A stretch of 52,518 bases of DNA, from contig JAGVXG010000008.1 of the NCBI GenBank assembly GCA_018303885.1, positions 1 to 52,518 on the forward strand, written 5' to 3'. Of this stretch, positions 8,268 to 19,211 are shown one piece after another. The position numbers were made by a program, and so were the translations under genes. Numbering within the stretch: the first letter of the stretch is position 1; every line of letters starts with the position of its first letter. This DNA is from Candidatus Pacearchaeota archaeon (GTDB lineage Archaea > Nanobdellota > Nanobdellia > Pacearchaeales > GW2011-AR1). Under the pieces are notes generated by a model that saw nothing but the letters and a program-made list of their open reading frames with translations, was not told the origin of the DNA and searched no databases.

Positions 8268-10394
8268 TCAATCACTCCTAACTTCAAACGGCTTCGCAAT
8301 AATATTACATGCGTTAGGGAAAGGCTGGTTTCCAAACTCGTCAGAGCATTTTATGTAAAAAATCTTGTTTGTGTTCCATGCAGTTGAATGCTCTGTTCCA
8401 TTAACAGCCTTAGTCATGTTTGTGCCATCCTTAAACAAGTAATCACAGCCAAAGTTTCCATATACGCATTGTGCTTTTTCATTCGTAATCACCTTCAGAC
8501 TGTTTTCTTGTCTGAAGACACGAACAACTGTAGGTGCGATTGTGTCTGTTTCTACTTTGAAACTAATTGTTTTTGTGTCTACATTTCCTCCAAGGTCTAT
8601 GCATTGAATATCATAAATGTAGTCTCCTGCTGTAAGGAATAAATCCTGAGAATGTTCGTGTGTTCCTGTATTGAAAAATTCATTGAAGTTTCCACCTGTT
8701 CCAGGTCCTTCATAAGAGCACAATGCCTTTCCTTCATCATATCCTGCAGAGGTCTTTACTTCAAGCTTTACTTTTATCACATCTGTCGAATCTTTTATCG
8801 TCGTTGAGTTTGGTTTTGCAGAATCTATTACCAAAGGCTCTGTCCCCTTCAATGTGAATTTGTATGACTGTTTGTTTGTATTTCTTTTATTTTCTTCAGG
8901 AGTTCCTTTCAAATGTGGCTGATCTTTGCATCTGAAATAAAATTCGTTATCTGCTCTATCTATCAAGCCAGTTAAAGTCGTTGCACATTGATAAAGCATC
9001 TGTGCATTGAATTCAAGTGCTCCTGTTTTGCATGTCATTTGGTTTTCCATATCATCGTAGGCTCTATCAAGTCTGTCCCACTTACATTCACTTGGTTCAT
9101 TTACATAAACCTGGAGATTTACAGAAGTTTGTCCAAATGGTATTGGAGAATTGTTTAAAATACTTGTTGTTACTATTTCTGGCTGTCTTTTATCTGGCCC
9201 ATTATCAACACAGAATTTAAAGATCGTAAAGGCTGATGGAGAGTCTCCTTTTGGATTTCCGTTTTCATCTTGACATCTGAAATAAATTGAGAATCGTCCC
9301 CCATTTGCAAGGGTTATGCCTTCCGCCTCAAGAGCATCAGGACTTTGGATATTTGTTTGGAATGAATGGTTATACCTTGTTCTACCTTCACTTAAGAAAT
9401 GTTCCATTGTATCAAAATTATTTTTATTTGAGAAATCAACTTTACATTTTCCCGCTTTATTAAGAGTGACACCAAACCTTAAAGCAATGAAGGGGGCCAC
9501 GCATCCATTATCGTTTGTTTCAGGCACAATTTTCCATCCCCTGTTTGGAGGAGAAGTTGTACTATCTGGAATATATTTGTAACCTGTTGTAAGGATTTGC
9601 TGCCATGGTTGCATTATAGGAGGTGTTACGTCGTCTCTGTTTTTCCAGATACAAAGTTCTTCTGTTGTCCCCTTATTAACAAGTTCACATGCCTGCCCAA
9701 GACTTTCACATTGATATTCTGTGCATGGCAAACCCCCTTTATTACACCTGTCACAATACTGTCCGCCCAAAGGCGCGTCCCAAGGATAACATGTAAAAGA
9801 ATAAAGATCATATTTTACATCTTTGGCAAAAACCGCAAAAATTACCACAGCAACTATAAGACCAATAACTGGAGCGCTAATCCCCAAAATTGCATTTATT
9901 CCTAGGTCTTTTAATGTCATTGAGGCAAAAACACCGATAGAAACCCCAGCTGAAATTGCTTTTTCAATTGATGGATCTAAAAAATCAACTTGGCTAAAGA
10001 ACCCTCTAAGGCCAGCGTAAATACCTGCAGCTGTAAAAGCATTGCCACCCACTTGCCCAATATTTTTACCTACTGATTCTCCAATTGCTCCACCCCTCCT
10101 ACCACCAGGCTCGGCTACCCCCCTAGCTCCTCCTCCACCAAGTCTGGTTACCTCACCAGTTACTTGTATCGATGTTGTTTCAGTCTGCTCCGCTCTCTCT
10201 AAACCAGACAAATCGCTGCCAGACTCTGATGGCGCTAACGCTTTTATAGTGGATTTTGTAGTGGGAATAGGCACTGGAGATAAAGCATTTACAACACGAA
10301 ACTCGCTTCCAACAAAATAAGAAAAGGCAATAATACTTACTAATAGAATAATTATCTGGCTTATTACAACACTTTTTTTTATTTTATTTTTCAT
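8268..10394 (-). CDS. large secreted/membrane Cys-rich protein with Ig-like repeats
   Basis: signal peptide, internal TM segments, repeated 'YFRC.D..GN'-like beta modules. Confidence 0.75.
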   Translation of the reverse strand: MKNKIKKSVVISQIIILLVSIIAFSYFVGSEFRVVNALSPVPIPTTKSTIKALAPSESGSDLSGLERAEQTETTSIQVTGEVTRLGGGGARGVAEPGGRRGGAIGESVGKNIGQVGGNAFTAAGIYAGLRGFFSQVDFLDPSIEKAISAGVSIGVFASMTLKDLGINAILGISAPVIGLIVAVVIFAVFAKDVKYDLYSFTCYPWDAPLGGQYCDRCNKGGLPCTEYQCESLGQACELVNKGTTEELCIWKNRDDVTPPIMQPWQQILTTGYKYIPDSTTSPPNRGWKIVPETNDNGCVAPFIALRFGVTLNKAGKCKVDFSNKNNFDTMEHFLSEGRTRYNHSFQTNIQSPDALEAEGITLANGGRFSIYFRCQDENGNPKGDSPSAFTIFKFCVDNGPDKRQPEIVTTSILNNSPIPFGQTSVNLQVYVNEPSECKWDRLDRAYDDMENQMTCKTGALEFNAQMLYQCATTLTGLIDRADNEFYFRCKDQPHLKGTPEENKRNTNKQSYKFTLKGTEPLVIDSAKPNSTTIKDSTDVIKVKLEVKTSAGYDEGKALCSYEGPGTGGNFNEFFNTGTHEHSQDLFLTAGDYIYDIQCIDLGGNVDTKTISFKVETDTIAPTVVRVFRQENSLKVITNEKAQCVYGNFGCDYLFKDGTNMTKAVNGTEHSTAWNTNKIFYIKCSDEFGNQPFPNACNIIAKPFEVRSD

Positions 10395-10403
10395 TTCAAC
10401 TTA

Positions 10404-12128
10404 TTAAGACTCCTCAGGTTCATAGTTTTTAGTTCTTACAACAGGGTTTTCGCTGTGATAGCCTTTAATTTCTATGTAATTGCTTTTGTTTCCACAATCT
10501 CCGAGAGCAACGCACATGTTATTTCTATCATTCGCCCATTTATTACGTGAGAATTCTAATATGAATTTGTTCGGAGGATCGCCCTTTCTTAATCCAGCAC
10601 ATTCACAATTTTCTTTGCAGTCCCAATCCAAACCACCGAGCAAACTTTTTTCAAATTTCACTAAGCAATTATCACTTGCAAGCAGGCATATATCTGTTGC
10701 CTTACTTTCAGGAGCCCAAAAATCAAATCCGGGAGGATAAAGAGGTACACATGCAGCACCCTTTTTCTCATCGTCGTCACCAGAAACCTCTGCTTTTGGC
10801 ACAAGTTGCCCTTCACTATTGACTACAAAGGGTTTTCCTTCGTCGTCACGAAATCCTGATAATGATAAAGTTTGCCCTTCTAACCATTTACAGTCTCTTT
10901 TATCGCGATTTTCACAGTCTTTTTTATTATCCATAGAAGTACATTCTTGCCATTCATTTGCCCTGCATCTTGCTGAACTAAATCCAGGAACAACTTCATC
11001 TTCAATACAGAGTGTTCCCCTAAAAGGATCACATAACTCTGTGGTAACTTCCCCATTATAGCAAACAAATTTTCCATGCTGGCTTCCAGGCAAGTTTTGA
11101 CTTATTCCTGTAGAGGTAGCACACCATGTTTCTCCGTGCTCATATTTTTTGCCCTGATATTCACAACTTAAATCCGCACAGACAAAACTTCCGTATTGTG
11201 GTTGTGGTGTTGCCTTGTTGCCACGCTCAAAAGGCTTGCAAGTACTACCGGGTACAGCTGTATAATCACAGCTTCCACATGTAGTAGAGCCAGCATTGCC
11301 TTCATCTGGGTTGCAGCTTTCATCCCTTTCTTTTATATTGGTCCAGTATTCCTGATTGTTTATTTTTGATGCATCGTAAATATTTGCAAGATTCCCGCAC
11401 GTGTCTAAGAAATAAACCTCAAATTTATTTTCAACACATGTTGTTTTCTGTGATCTTCCGCAATTTGTAGCAAGAGATTCTGCAGAACACAAAAGCCCCT
11501 CATGAAATTCTATTGTTGTATCCTCAGAACTTCCAGAATTTGATTCAAGTTTTTGGCATTCTGATTGCGTTAAAAGTTTGCATTTTCTTTCGATGCCATC
11601 ATCAATAACACAAGCACCCTTTACGTCAGGATTTGCACTTGCAAGACAGGCTTCATTGCTTTTTATATCTGACCTGAAATTTGATGGAATTCCATAATCA
11701 GAAGAAAGAGTTTTACATTCGTTTTGTGTTACAAACGCTCCTTGGTCTCCAAGCAAACAACAACCCAATTGGCATTGAATAATCTCATCTGGTTTTCCGG
11801 GAAGCCAGACTCCGTTGCTTTCTTGACAAACTACTTGAGGAACGTTAGGACGGCATTCTCCTGCTCTGTTATTAACACATGTTCCAAGCTTGCAAAATGC
11901 AGTGGCTTCACATGAAGTTGAAGCTTGGCGATAACGCTGGCCAGTGATAGGGTTTATAGCTGTGTTAACCTGATTTGCAGGAACATTCTGACACCATGCA
12001 CCGCTCAATGTTTTTTCAGCGCAGACAAAAGTTTCTCCGACAGCAGATACTTGATTAATTGATAAAAATACTAAAATTGTTAATATAAATACTCCGAGTA
12101 TCAACATAGACCAACTTTTTTTTACCAT
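10404..12128 (-). CDS. Cys-rich secreted protein
   Basis: signal peptide from MVKKSW, many Cys and GCC/GAC motifs. Start moved to 12128. Confidence 0.75.
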   Translation of the reverse strand: MVKKSWSMLILGVFILTILVFLSINQVSAVGETFVCAEKTLSGAWCQNVPANQVNTAINPITGQRYRQASTSCEATAFCKLGTCVNNRAGECRPNVPQVVCQESNGVWLPGKPDEIIQCQLGCCLLGDQGAFVTQNECKTLSSDYGIPSNFRSDIKSNEACLASANPDVKGACVIDDGIERKCKLLTQSECQKLESNSGSSEDTTIEFHEGLLCSAESLATNCGRSQKTTCVENKFEVYFLDTCGNLANIYDASKINNQEYWTNIKERDESCNPDEGNAGSTTCGSCDYTAVPGSTCKPFERGNKATPQPQYGSFVCADLSCEYQGKKYEHGETWCATSTGISQNLPGSQHGKFVCYNGEVTTELCDPFRGTLCIEDEVVPGFSSARCRANEWQECTSMDNKKDCENRDKRDCKWLEGQTLSLSGFRDDEGKPFVVNSEGQLVPKAEVSGDDDEKKGAACVPLYPPGFDFWAPESKATDICLLASDNCLVKFEKSLLGGLDWDCKENCECAGLRKGDPPNKFILEFSRNKWANDRNNMCVALGDCGNKSNYIEIKGYHSENPVVRTKNYEPEES

Positions 12129-12277
12129 ATTAATAACTCGCTCCTTCCAGTCGTTCATAATTTACGCTTTTGTTAATGTAAAAACCCACAGAATTGAAAT
12201 TTATAACCATACTATTTTCTTTTAACTTATTAAAACTCTTTTTCTCTTTTTTATCATCAAAATATATTTTCATCATT

Positions 12278-13078
12278 TTAATTCGTTGCAACTTCATCAA
12301 TTCCATAGCCAGGAGGCCATGCAACGCTTCTTGATGCAAACTGGAATTTATTTCCCGTGTTTCTGTCTGTTAAGATATAAATTGTTGAGCCATCTACCTG
12401 ATTGAGCTTTTCAACTTTTAAATCCGGATAATAACTCATGTAAAGTGTTGTTTCTGCATCTCCGAATTCTGATTCCCAATCAATTATGCTATTTGCTATG
12501 CTTACCAATTCATAAAGACCATTGTTCAAAACAACATTGAAAGAATCATACCTTTCTGTATCTGTTTTCGTCGTAGTTAAAGTATAATTAAATCTTGCCA
12601 CAACTCTTTTTGGAAGCAATTCAACTCTTACATTTCCAGGCCGCAAGTTCACAGTATATCCTCTTGATTCATAACTGTTTTTCAGCTCGTTAAAACAATT
12701 GACTACAGCAGGTTTTATTTCGTTTTCAATTTCTGATTCAATATGTTCTTTTAGCAATGGCCGTTGAACGCTGCAAGTTTTGTAATATTCTGTCGTGTAG
12801 CAAAGATATTCTATTTTATCATCTTGGTAAAGAATGAAATTTTCCGGATTCACACTGCCGCCTTGTGATGAAATAAGATTGACAGTATCCTCTAAATCAT
12901 TTTCAATACATATCTGTATGAACTCATTAGGGCTTTTTTCATCGAACCCTGTCGTGACTGTTGTTCCCGGCCTCAAAAAATAAATCAACACAACAAGCGC
13001 CACAATCAAAATAGCAGCAATAATGAAAACAGTTACTTGTCCGCCTTTATTTACTATAAAAGAATCACCTCTTTTCAT
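12278..13078 (-). CDS. class III signal peptide (pilin-like) protein
   Basis: KGGQVTVFIIAAILIV. Confidence 0.8.
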   Translation of the reverse strand: MKRGDSFIVNKGGQVTVFIIAAILIVALVVLIYFLRPGTTVTTGFDEKSPNEFIQICIENDLEDTVNLISSQGGSVNPENFILYQDDKIEYLCYTTEYYKTCSVQRPLLKEHIESEIENEIKPAVVNCFNELKNSYESRGYTVNLRPGNVRVELLPKRVVARFNYTLTTTKTDTERYDSFNVVLNNGLYELVSIANSIIDWESEFGDAETTLYMSYYPDLKVEKLNQVDGSTIYILTDRNTGNKFQFASRSVAWPPGYGIDEVATN

Positions 13079-13137
13079 GTTTTATACAAGGAAATTTTAT
13101 TTATAAATCTTGTTGGGATTTCGTTGAATTTTACGAT

Positions 13138-13863
13138 TCAATCTTCAGTTTCAACTCTTGGCGCTAAAAGAAAAGAAAGTTCCATGAAGCCGTTTTTTAT
13201 ATCTATTTTAAGAGGGTGGTCATCTGCAAATTTTAAAAGCGTCCGGTCAGAAAGTTTCGCACCTTTGACGAATTTTTGCAAATACTCCAAGCTGTATCGT
13301 GATTTGCAGTTTTCTGCCTGAATCTTGGCCTCGTCTCCTGAAAATTCAGACATCGCAGAATTCAAGCCGCGCGCTTCTATGATAAATTTCCCTTCCCGAA
13401 CGATAAATGAGCACGCGTCTGCAACAACCATGCAGTCTTCAACAGAATCCACGAAATCAGATGAATTTAATTCTATTACAGAGCTGAATTCAAGATTTGG
13501 TATTTCTTTTTCCTCGCTTTCAATTTCTATTAAAGCCAAGTTGAAATTTCTTTTTATTCTGTCATGAATTTGAATGTTGAGCACATTGCCTTTTTTTTCC
13601 ATAATCAAAGAACTTCCGGGCCCGCTTCTTTTTAAAACTCTTTTTAGGTTTTCAAGATTAATTCCAAGAACTTCGTTGTCTGTCTCAAACATTGAGAAAG
13701 AACTTTTTGGAAGAACAAACTTAACCATTGAAACATTTGCAGGATCCATGGCAGTTATGCTCAACCCTGATTCGTTGACTTTCATTCTTACTTCTGTCAC
13801 AAGCTCGGAAATAATTTCCACTACCCTAGATAAAAGTCCTGGATTTTCAAGTCTGACTAGCAT
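13138..13863 (-). CDS. pcn: DNA polymerase sliding clamp PCNA
   Basis: AMDPANVSMV, YSLEYL and FLLAPRVE motifs. Confidence 0.97.
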   Translation of the reverse strand: MLVRLENPGLLSRVVEIISELVTEVRMKVNESGLSITAMDPANVSMVKFVLPKSSFSMFETDNEVLGINLENLKRVLKRSGPGSSLIMEKKGNVLNIQIHDRIKRNFNLALIEIESEEKEIPNLEFSSVIELNSSDFVDSVEDCMVVADACSFIVREGKFIIEARGLNSAMSEFSGDEAKIQAENCKSRYSLEYLQKFVKGAKLSDRTLLKFADDHPLKIDIKNGFMELSFLLAPRVETED

Positions 13864-13999
13864 TTTAATTATAGGAGCGGAACCTCAACACCAAAAAACA
13901 GGTTCTGCTTTTAAGTATTGTTATCATGAAGTATATTTATATCTATAGCACCGATTTCATATTGTATAATTATATAAATGTTTTACCTTTAAATTTGAC

Positions 14000-15382
14000 A
14001 TGGAAAAAGATGTGGGAAAAGACTTAGAGAAAAGCACCAAAGAACAAAGAATAAGAAAAATAACACAGCTTTACTATTCAAGGCCAGACGTCCAGAAAGC
14101 GATATTTGAATTTTCAAAAAACAGAGAAGTTGTCCCAAGCTACATGATGGAGGCCTTTGGAAAGCGCCCGGACGCGTTTGAGTACTTAGGGGATATTTTT
14201 GAACTTGTCAAGGGAGGAGCAACAAGCTTTCACTGTTCTGAAGAGCTTTGGTCACAGCCTCTTTCTCTCCTTACAGGAATGACTGAAAAACAGCTCAACG
14301 AACTGCGAATTGGCTGGGATCTTATCTTGGATATAGACAGCAAATATCTTGACTACAGTAAAATCCTTGCACAAATAATAATACGTGTTTTGAAATTTTA
14401 TGGAGTTAAAAACATAGGAATCAAGTTCAGCGGCAGCAAGGGATTCCATATAATCGTGCCGTGGAAAGCATTCCCCAAGGAAATTAATCAAGTAAAAACC
14501 AGCGAAATGTTTCCCACATGGCCGCGAATTTTAACACAATTTATAATGGAAGCATGCAAAGATGACTTGATTAAAAAAATAACAGAGACAACAGAGGCCC
14601 AATATGCGACTGTTAAAAAATACATTAAGGGCGATGAAACTTCAGGAGACTTCGCGAAAAAAGTCATGCCTGATTTAATTCTTGTTTCATCAAGGCACCT
14701 TTTTCGTGCCCCTTACTCATTACATGAAAAAACAGCTTTGGCCAGCGTTGTTTTAAATCCAGAAGAAATAAAAGACTTCGAGCCAAGAGATGCAGATCCG
14801 TTAAAAGTAAAAATTAGGGCCTTCATGCCGGATTCCAAAGAAGGCGAAGCCACAGAAATTCTCAGAGAAGCTTTAGATTGGTACAAAAACAAAAACCCTG
14901 ATGAAATACAAGGAGACGTAAACCAAAGAAAAGAATTTGACTTTAAGCCCATTAAGCTTTCTGATTTTTCAGAAGAACTTTTGCCGCCATCAATAAAGAA
15001 AATTCTGCAAGGCATGGCAGACGGGCGCAAAAGAGCGTTGTTTGTTCTAATAAATTTTTTTAGATCAATAGGACTCGACAAAGACATCTTTGAAAAGAAA
15101 ATTTATGAATGGAATGAAAAAAACGAAATTCCATTAAAAAAAGGCTACATACAAACTCAGATTTCATGGAGTTATAGAAATAAAACCGCACCGCCGCCAA
15201 ACTATGACAAAGACTATTACAAAGGAATCGGGATTTCACCGACAGAGGAAGAACTCCGCTATAAAAATCCCGTGAATTACATGGTAAAAAAAAGCATGCA
15301 GAAAAACTTCCAAAATTCTCAGGATGCTCAAAATACAGATAATTCAGTAAAAAGAAGAAAGGCAAAACGCGCAGAAAACTAA
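14000..15382 (+). CDS. priS: DNA primase, fused PriS-PriL-type
   Basis: GWDLILDID, KFSGSKGFH and RHLFRAPYSLHEKT catalytic motifs, plus a C-terminal LPPSI..IL.G..DGRKR PriL-like domain. Confidence 0.9.
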   Translation: MEKDVGKDLEKSTKEQRIRKITQLYYSRPDVQKAIFEFSKNREVVPSYMMEAFGKRPDAFEYLGDIFELVKGGATSFHCSEELWSQPLSLLTGMTEKQLNELRIGWDLILDIDSKYLDYSKILAQIIIRVLKFYGVKNIGIKFSGSKGFHIIVPWKAFPKEINQVKTSEMFPTWPRILTQFIMEACKDDLIKKITETTEAQYATVKKYIKGDETSGDFAKKVMPDLILVSSRHLFRAPYSLHEKTALASVVLNPEEIKDFEPRDADPLKVKIRAFMPDSKEGEATEILREALDWYKNKNPDEIQGDVNQRKEFDFKPIKLSDFSEELLPPSIKKILQGMADGRKRALFVLINFFRSIGLDKDIFEKKIYEWNEKNEIPLKKGYIQTQISWSYRNKTAPPPNYDKDYYKGIGISPTEEELRYKNPVNYMVKKSMQKNFQNSQDAQNTDNSVKRRKAKRAEN

Positions 15383-15418
15383 AGATAATTTTAAAAAGAA
15401 GAGAAAGTTAGTAATAAA

Positions 15419-15601
15419 ATGGCTAATCATAAACTTCCAGTTTTCATTCTCTTCACCGTTGCCGGTCTTGCGCTTAGCGCTTTATCATTGGGCTCAACAG
15501 GGCATGTTATTTCAGATGTAACTGGAACAACTCAAGGCTTAGCAGGAGTTTTTCTTTTTATTCTTGGGTTGGCGGGAATAGCTTTTGGTTCGAAGAGATA
15601 A
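15419..15601 (+). CDS. small 2-TM membrane protein
   Basis: similar to the C-terminus of 18258..18926 (LSL.STG..I...TT.GL.GVFLFI.GLAG..FG.K). Confidence 0.7.
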   Translation: MANHKLPVFILFTVAGLALSALSLGSTGHVISDVTGTTQGLAGVFLFILGLAGIAFGSKR

Positions 15602-15651
15602 AAAATATCGCACCAGAAAACATTTAAATATATCTTCTGTTTGAAATAAAT

Positions 15652-15864
15652 ATGAAATTAACGGTTGATATACATAAAGGAGAAAAATTCTTCATTGCAA
15701 GAGTTCCTGAGTTAGGAGTTACTACCCAAGGCAAGACAAGACAAGAAGCAAAGAAAAACCTAAAAGAAGCAGTTCAATTACATCTTGAATCAATGGTTGA
15801 ATATATGATAGAAAAAGGAAATGTCAAATTTAGTAATAATAGAGTGATTTCTTTAAGTAAATAA
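15652..15864 (+). CDS. hicB: HicB-family antitoxin
   Basis: FIARVPELGVTTQGKT..EA..NLKEAV.L.LE. Confidence 0.9.
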   Translation: MKLTVDIHKGEKFFIARVPELGVTTQGKTRQEAKKNLKEAVQLHLESMVEYMIEKGNVKFSNNRVISLSK

Positions 15865-15865
15865 A

Positions 15866-16084
15866 ATGCCCAAATTGCCTAGAATATCAGGCGTAGAAGT
15901 AATAAAAATTCTCACTAAATTTTTTGGTTTCAGAACATTACGACAAAGAGGAAGTCATGTTACTCTCACGAATGACTTGGTTTTTCTTACAGTTCCTTTG
16001 CATCCCGAGTTAGACAGGGGAACACTATTAGCAATTCTAAGAGATGCCCATATTTCAAGAGAAGATTTTTTAGAGTATGTGTAA
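15866..16084 (+). CDS. hicA: HicA-family toxin
   Basis: MPKLP..SG.EVIKIL...GF...RQRGSH...TVPLH.EL..GTL..IL. Confidence 0.92.
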   Translation: MPKLPRISGVEVIKILTKFFGFRTLRQRGSHVTLTNDLVFLTVPLHPELDRGTLLAILRDAHISREDFLEYV

Positions 16085-16266
16085 ATTAACTCTTCCCCAC
16101 CCGCCCCACCCTTAAAACACATTTTTAATAGAAGCCCAACAGATTTTATATTAACAATTTTTAGTATATATCTGAGCGTAGCGAAGCAAACCAGCGAACG
16201 AAGCGAGCGATACCAATATTCAAATATCTCAAAAATATTTAAAAACAAGAATTAACTCTAGATACT

Positions 16267-18199
16267 ATGAAAAAAGAGGTGTTGTTTTTATTTCTCTTCA
16301 TGGTTTTGGTCTTTGCAATCCTTAGTTCAGTTAATGCCGCATTGAACACAACCCAAGAAAAGCAAAAAATTGATTTGGCTTATACTTGTCTAAAGGACAA
16401 AGTTAACACTTCGACACTATGTTCGTCACTTACAACAGAAGAAAAAATATTTACGCTTCTTGCGGTTAATCAATGTAAAACAGAACTTATTTCTGATTCT
16501 TCCAACAGCGAGGAATGCTGGCCAACAGGAAACTGCAGATTAAAAACAACTGCGCAGGCAGTTCTTGCCTTGGACGATGCTGGCGCAAACACAGAAAAAG
16601 CACAGTCCTGGCTTCTTAATCAATCAAGAGGAACAACAGATTTAACATGGTTTTTGGAAATCGAAAGCGCGCAACCTACGACATGCACAATATCTTATTC
16701 TTCACAATCATTTAATGTAAACATCGGCGCCGACAAAAAAATAACAAGTAACGCAGGAAGTTGTTTAACTCTTGCAGAAAATGATTATTGGCTTAGAATA
16801 GCTCCTTCGTGTTTTGACGAGGAATTTGAAATTTCCTGCAACGAAAGATTTCTTACAACTTTGTTATTCAAAAAGCCTTCGTCGTCAACAATCCATGTTT
16901 CACCAGAATCTTCGTCTGCAGCAGCCAGCGGCACAACATCAGAAAAAGTAGATTCTTCCTGTTTCATACAAAACAACGTATGCAACTACGAAGGAACTCT
17001 TTGGGCGTCACTTGTTTTGGATTCCTTGGGCAAAGACGTTTCTTCTTATCTGCCTTACCTGCTCACAGTTGCAGAAGATAACAAAGTGTTTATTCCAGAC
17101 GCATTCCTTTATACCATAACTTCAAATTTAGACCACAGAACCTCTCTTCTTTCAAAACAAAAAAGCAAGAAATACTGGTCTGAATCAGGAGACAAATTTT
17201 ACGATACAGCATTAGCACTTTTCCCATTCCAGCAGGAAACATTACAGGAAAAAACAAACTCTAAAGAATGGCTGCTTTCTGTTCAAAACCCAAATGGTTG
17301 CTGGGAAAATAACGTAAGAAACACAGCATTTGTTTTATCTTCTATTTGGCCAAGAAGTTTTTCAGGCGGAGGCGGTGGTGGAGGAGACGGAGACGACGAG
17401 GGCGACGGAGAAAATGACACAGGAACAGAAATCTTTAGTTGTGGAGAAGCAGGTTTCTCTTGCACTACTTTTTCAGCCTGTGATGAAAACTTTGGCGACG
17501 TTCTTTCAGAATATGATTGCCCAGCGCCAAAAGTATGCTGTACTGTTGAACCAGCACAACCAACATGTGCTGAGCAAGGCGGAAATGCCTGTTCTTCTAA
17601 TAAAGTATGCATAGACGGGATTCCTCTAAGCGCTTCTGATGTCGTCGGGCAGAATTGTTGTACCAGTGGTGGCACTTGTGAAGCTCAAGAAACAGGAGGA
17701 GAAACTCTTTCTGATTGTGAGGCAAATAAGGGTATTTGCAGGTCTTATGGCTGTGATTCAGGAGAAGAAAGTGCTTCATATAGTTGCGAATTTACGGGCA
17801 ACACTTGTTGCGTATCAAAACTTTCAACGACAGACGACAAAGGAAGCCTTCTTTGGATATGGATCTTACTAATCTTAATCGTTTTAGTGGTAGTAGGAAT
17901 AATCTTCAGAAACAATTTAAGAATGCTTTGGCTTAGAATGTCTAAAGGACGTGGCTCAAAATCATCACCGCCATCATCGCCATTTTCAATGTCAAGACCG
18001 CCAGGTTATCCCCCATTTAGATCAACACAAAGTGCTCCAATGCATCGTGCTTATGAGGCCTATGGAGAGAAGAATTATGCTTCCGCCTTCACAATCATCT
18101 CAAGCGCGAGCACCACAAAGACCAGCACCAAAACCAAAATCAACAGCGCAGAAAGAACTCGATGAAGTTTTGAAAAAACTGAAAGAGATGGCGAAGTAA
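16267..18199 (+). CDS. large surface protein (alpha-barrel/prenyltransferase-like N-part, Cys-rich repeats, TM, Pro-rich tail); probable frameshift near 18050
   Basis: ORF 16267..18165. The +1 frame continues the Pro-rich tail and ends ELDEVLKKLKEMAK at 18199. Confidence 0.7.
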
Positions 18200-18257
18200 A
18201 TAAAAAATATACAAAATAAGCACAATAAATAAAAAGAGGAAAATATTAGGATAAAAG

Positions 18258-18926
18258 ATGAGTGACTACTTAAAAAAATTGGACGAACTTAAGGTGAGTG
18301 ACTACTTAAAAAAATTGGACGAACTTGAGGGGAAAAAGTCATCAGGAAAATCTGCCCCATTTAGAAAAAGTTATGAAGGAGTTTCTAAAAGGGCGGCAAG
18401 TCATATCCCTAGTTTTTATAGTGAAGCAAAAGGTTACGCACATATTACAGGCGGAATTGATGGATATCTACAAATTGAAGGCCATGCATTAGATGAAGTA
18501 GATTTGAGAGCTTTAGCCCGCAGAACGATGGAGCAAGCTAAAGAAGATAGTTATATTAGTGGAGCGATTTATGCTGCAGAAATATATGCTGGACTTGGGA
18601 AAAGCCATATAGCTTTAAGTAAATTAATGGCTGTTGTTGAAAAAGCAGCCAAAGAAGGTAAGGCAAAACCAGGGGATTTTGAAGATGTGAGATATTTCGT
18701 AGAAAGAATGGAAAGAGAAAAACAAGGAAAACAACAGAAACCAAGCGGCATCGAAGGCCGCGTCGGCGTTTTCTTTGCCTCAATCATCGCCGGCATTGCT
18801 ATCGGTGCCTTATCTCTGAAGTCAACAGGAAACGCAATAGGAACATTAGGCACGACAACTGGTTTGCTTGGAGTTTTTCTCTTTATTTTTGGATTGGCTG
18901 GGATGGTTTTTGGCAGAAAAAAATAA
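18258..18926 (+). CDS. hypothetical protein with C-terminal 2-TM anchor
   Basis: 222 aa; N-terminal 12-aa tandem duplication; C-terminus paralogous to 15419..15601. Confidence 0.7.
   Translation: MSDYLKKLDELKVSDYLKKLDELEGKKSSGKSAPFRKSYEGVSKRAASHIPSFYSEAKGYAHITGGIDGYLQIEGHALDEVDLRALARRTMEQAKEDSYISGAIYAAEIYAGLGKSHIALSKLMAVVEKAAKEGKAKPGDFEDVRYFVERMEREKQGKQQKPSGIEGRVGVFFASIIAGIAIGALSLKSTGNAIGTLGTTTGLLGVFLFIFGLAGMVFGRKK
18259..18330 (+). repeat. 36-bp tandem duplication
   Basis: tgagtgactacttaaaaaaattggacgaactt occurs twice (SDYLKKLDEL x2). Confidence 0.9.
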
Positions 18927-19211
18927 TTATTTACCAAACCTATCTTTTTTGTATATAACATCGTGATGGTCAAAATCTACAAACTTAATCTTATTGTTTA
19001 TTTTTTCAAATTTAAAAACAAGAACAAAATGCCCGATATGAACCCCTTTGTAGTCGCTTAAATCATATCTTAAATTTTTGTAATGTTCCACATCTAGCGA
19101 ATTAATAATCTCTTCAATTTTATTCATAACCTGTCTACAGTGAGCCTTATCTTTCTTTAGTAATTTGTTAAGAATTCTTTGTAAATTGGGCATCACCTCA
19201 TAATTATACAT
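18927..19211 (-). CDS. RelE/ParE-family toxin
   Basis: YKNLRYDL...K.VHIG.FVLVF....I.F.DFDHHD.IY. Confidence 0.88.
   Translation of the reverse strand: MYNYEVMPNLQRILNKLLKKDKAHCRQVMNKIEEIINSLDVEHYKNLRYDLSDYKGVHIGHFVLVFKFEKINNKIKFVDFDHHDVIYKKDRFGK

Noticed and set aside
12130-12339. Small ORFs over intergenic palindromes (also 15955..16248 and 3977..4165)
   Set aside because: Their apparent similarity (e.g. NSVGFYINK) is explained by the underlying DNA palindrome, and other copies contain stop codons.
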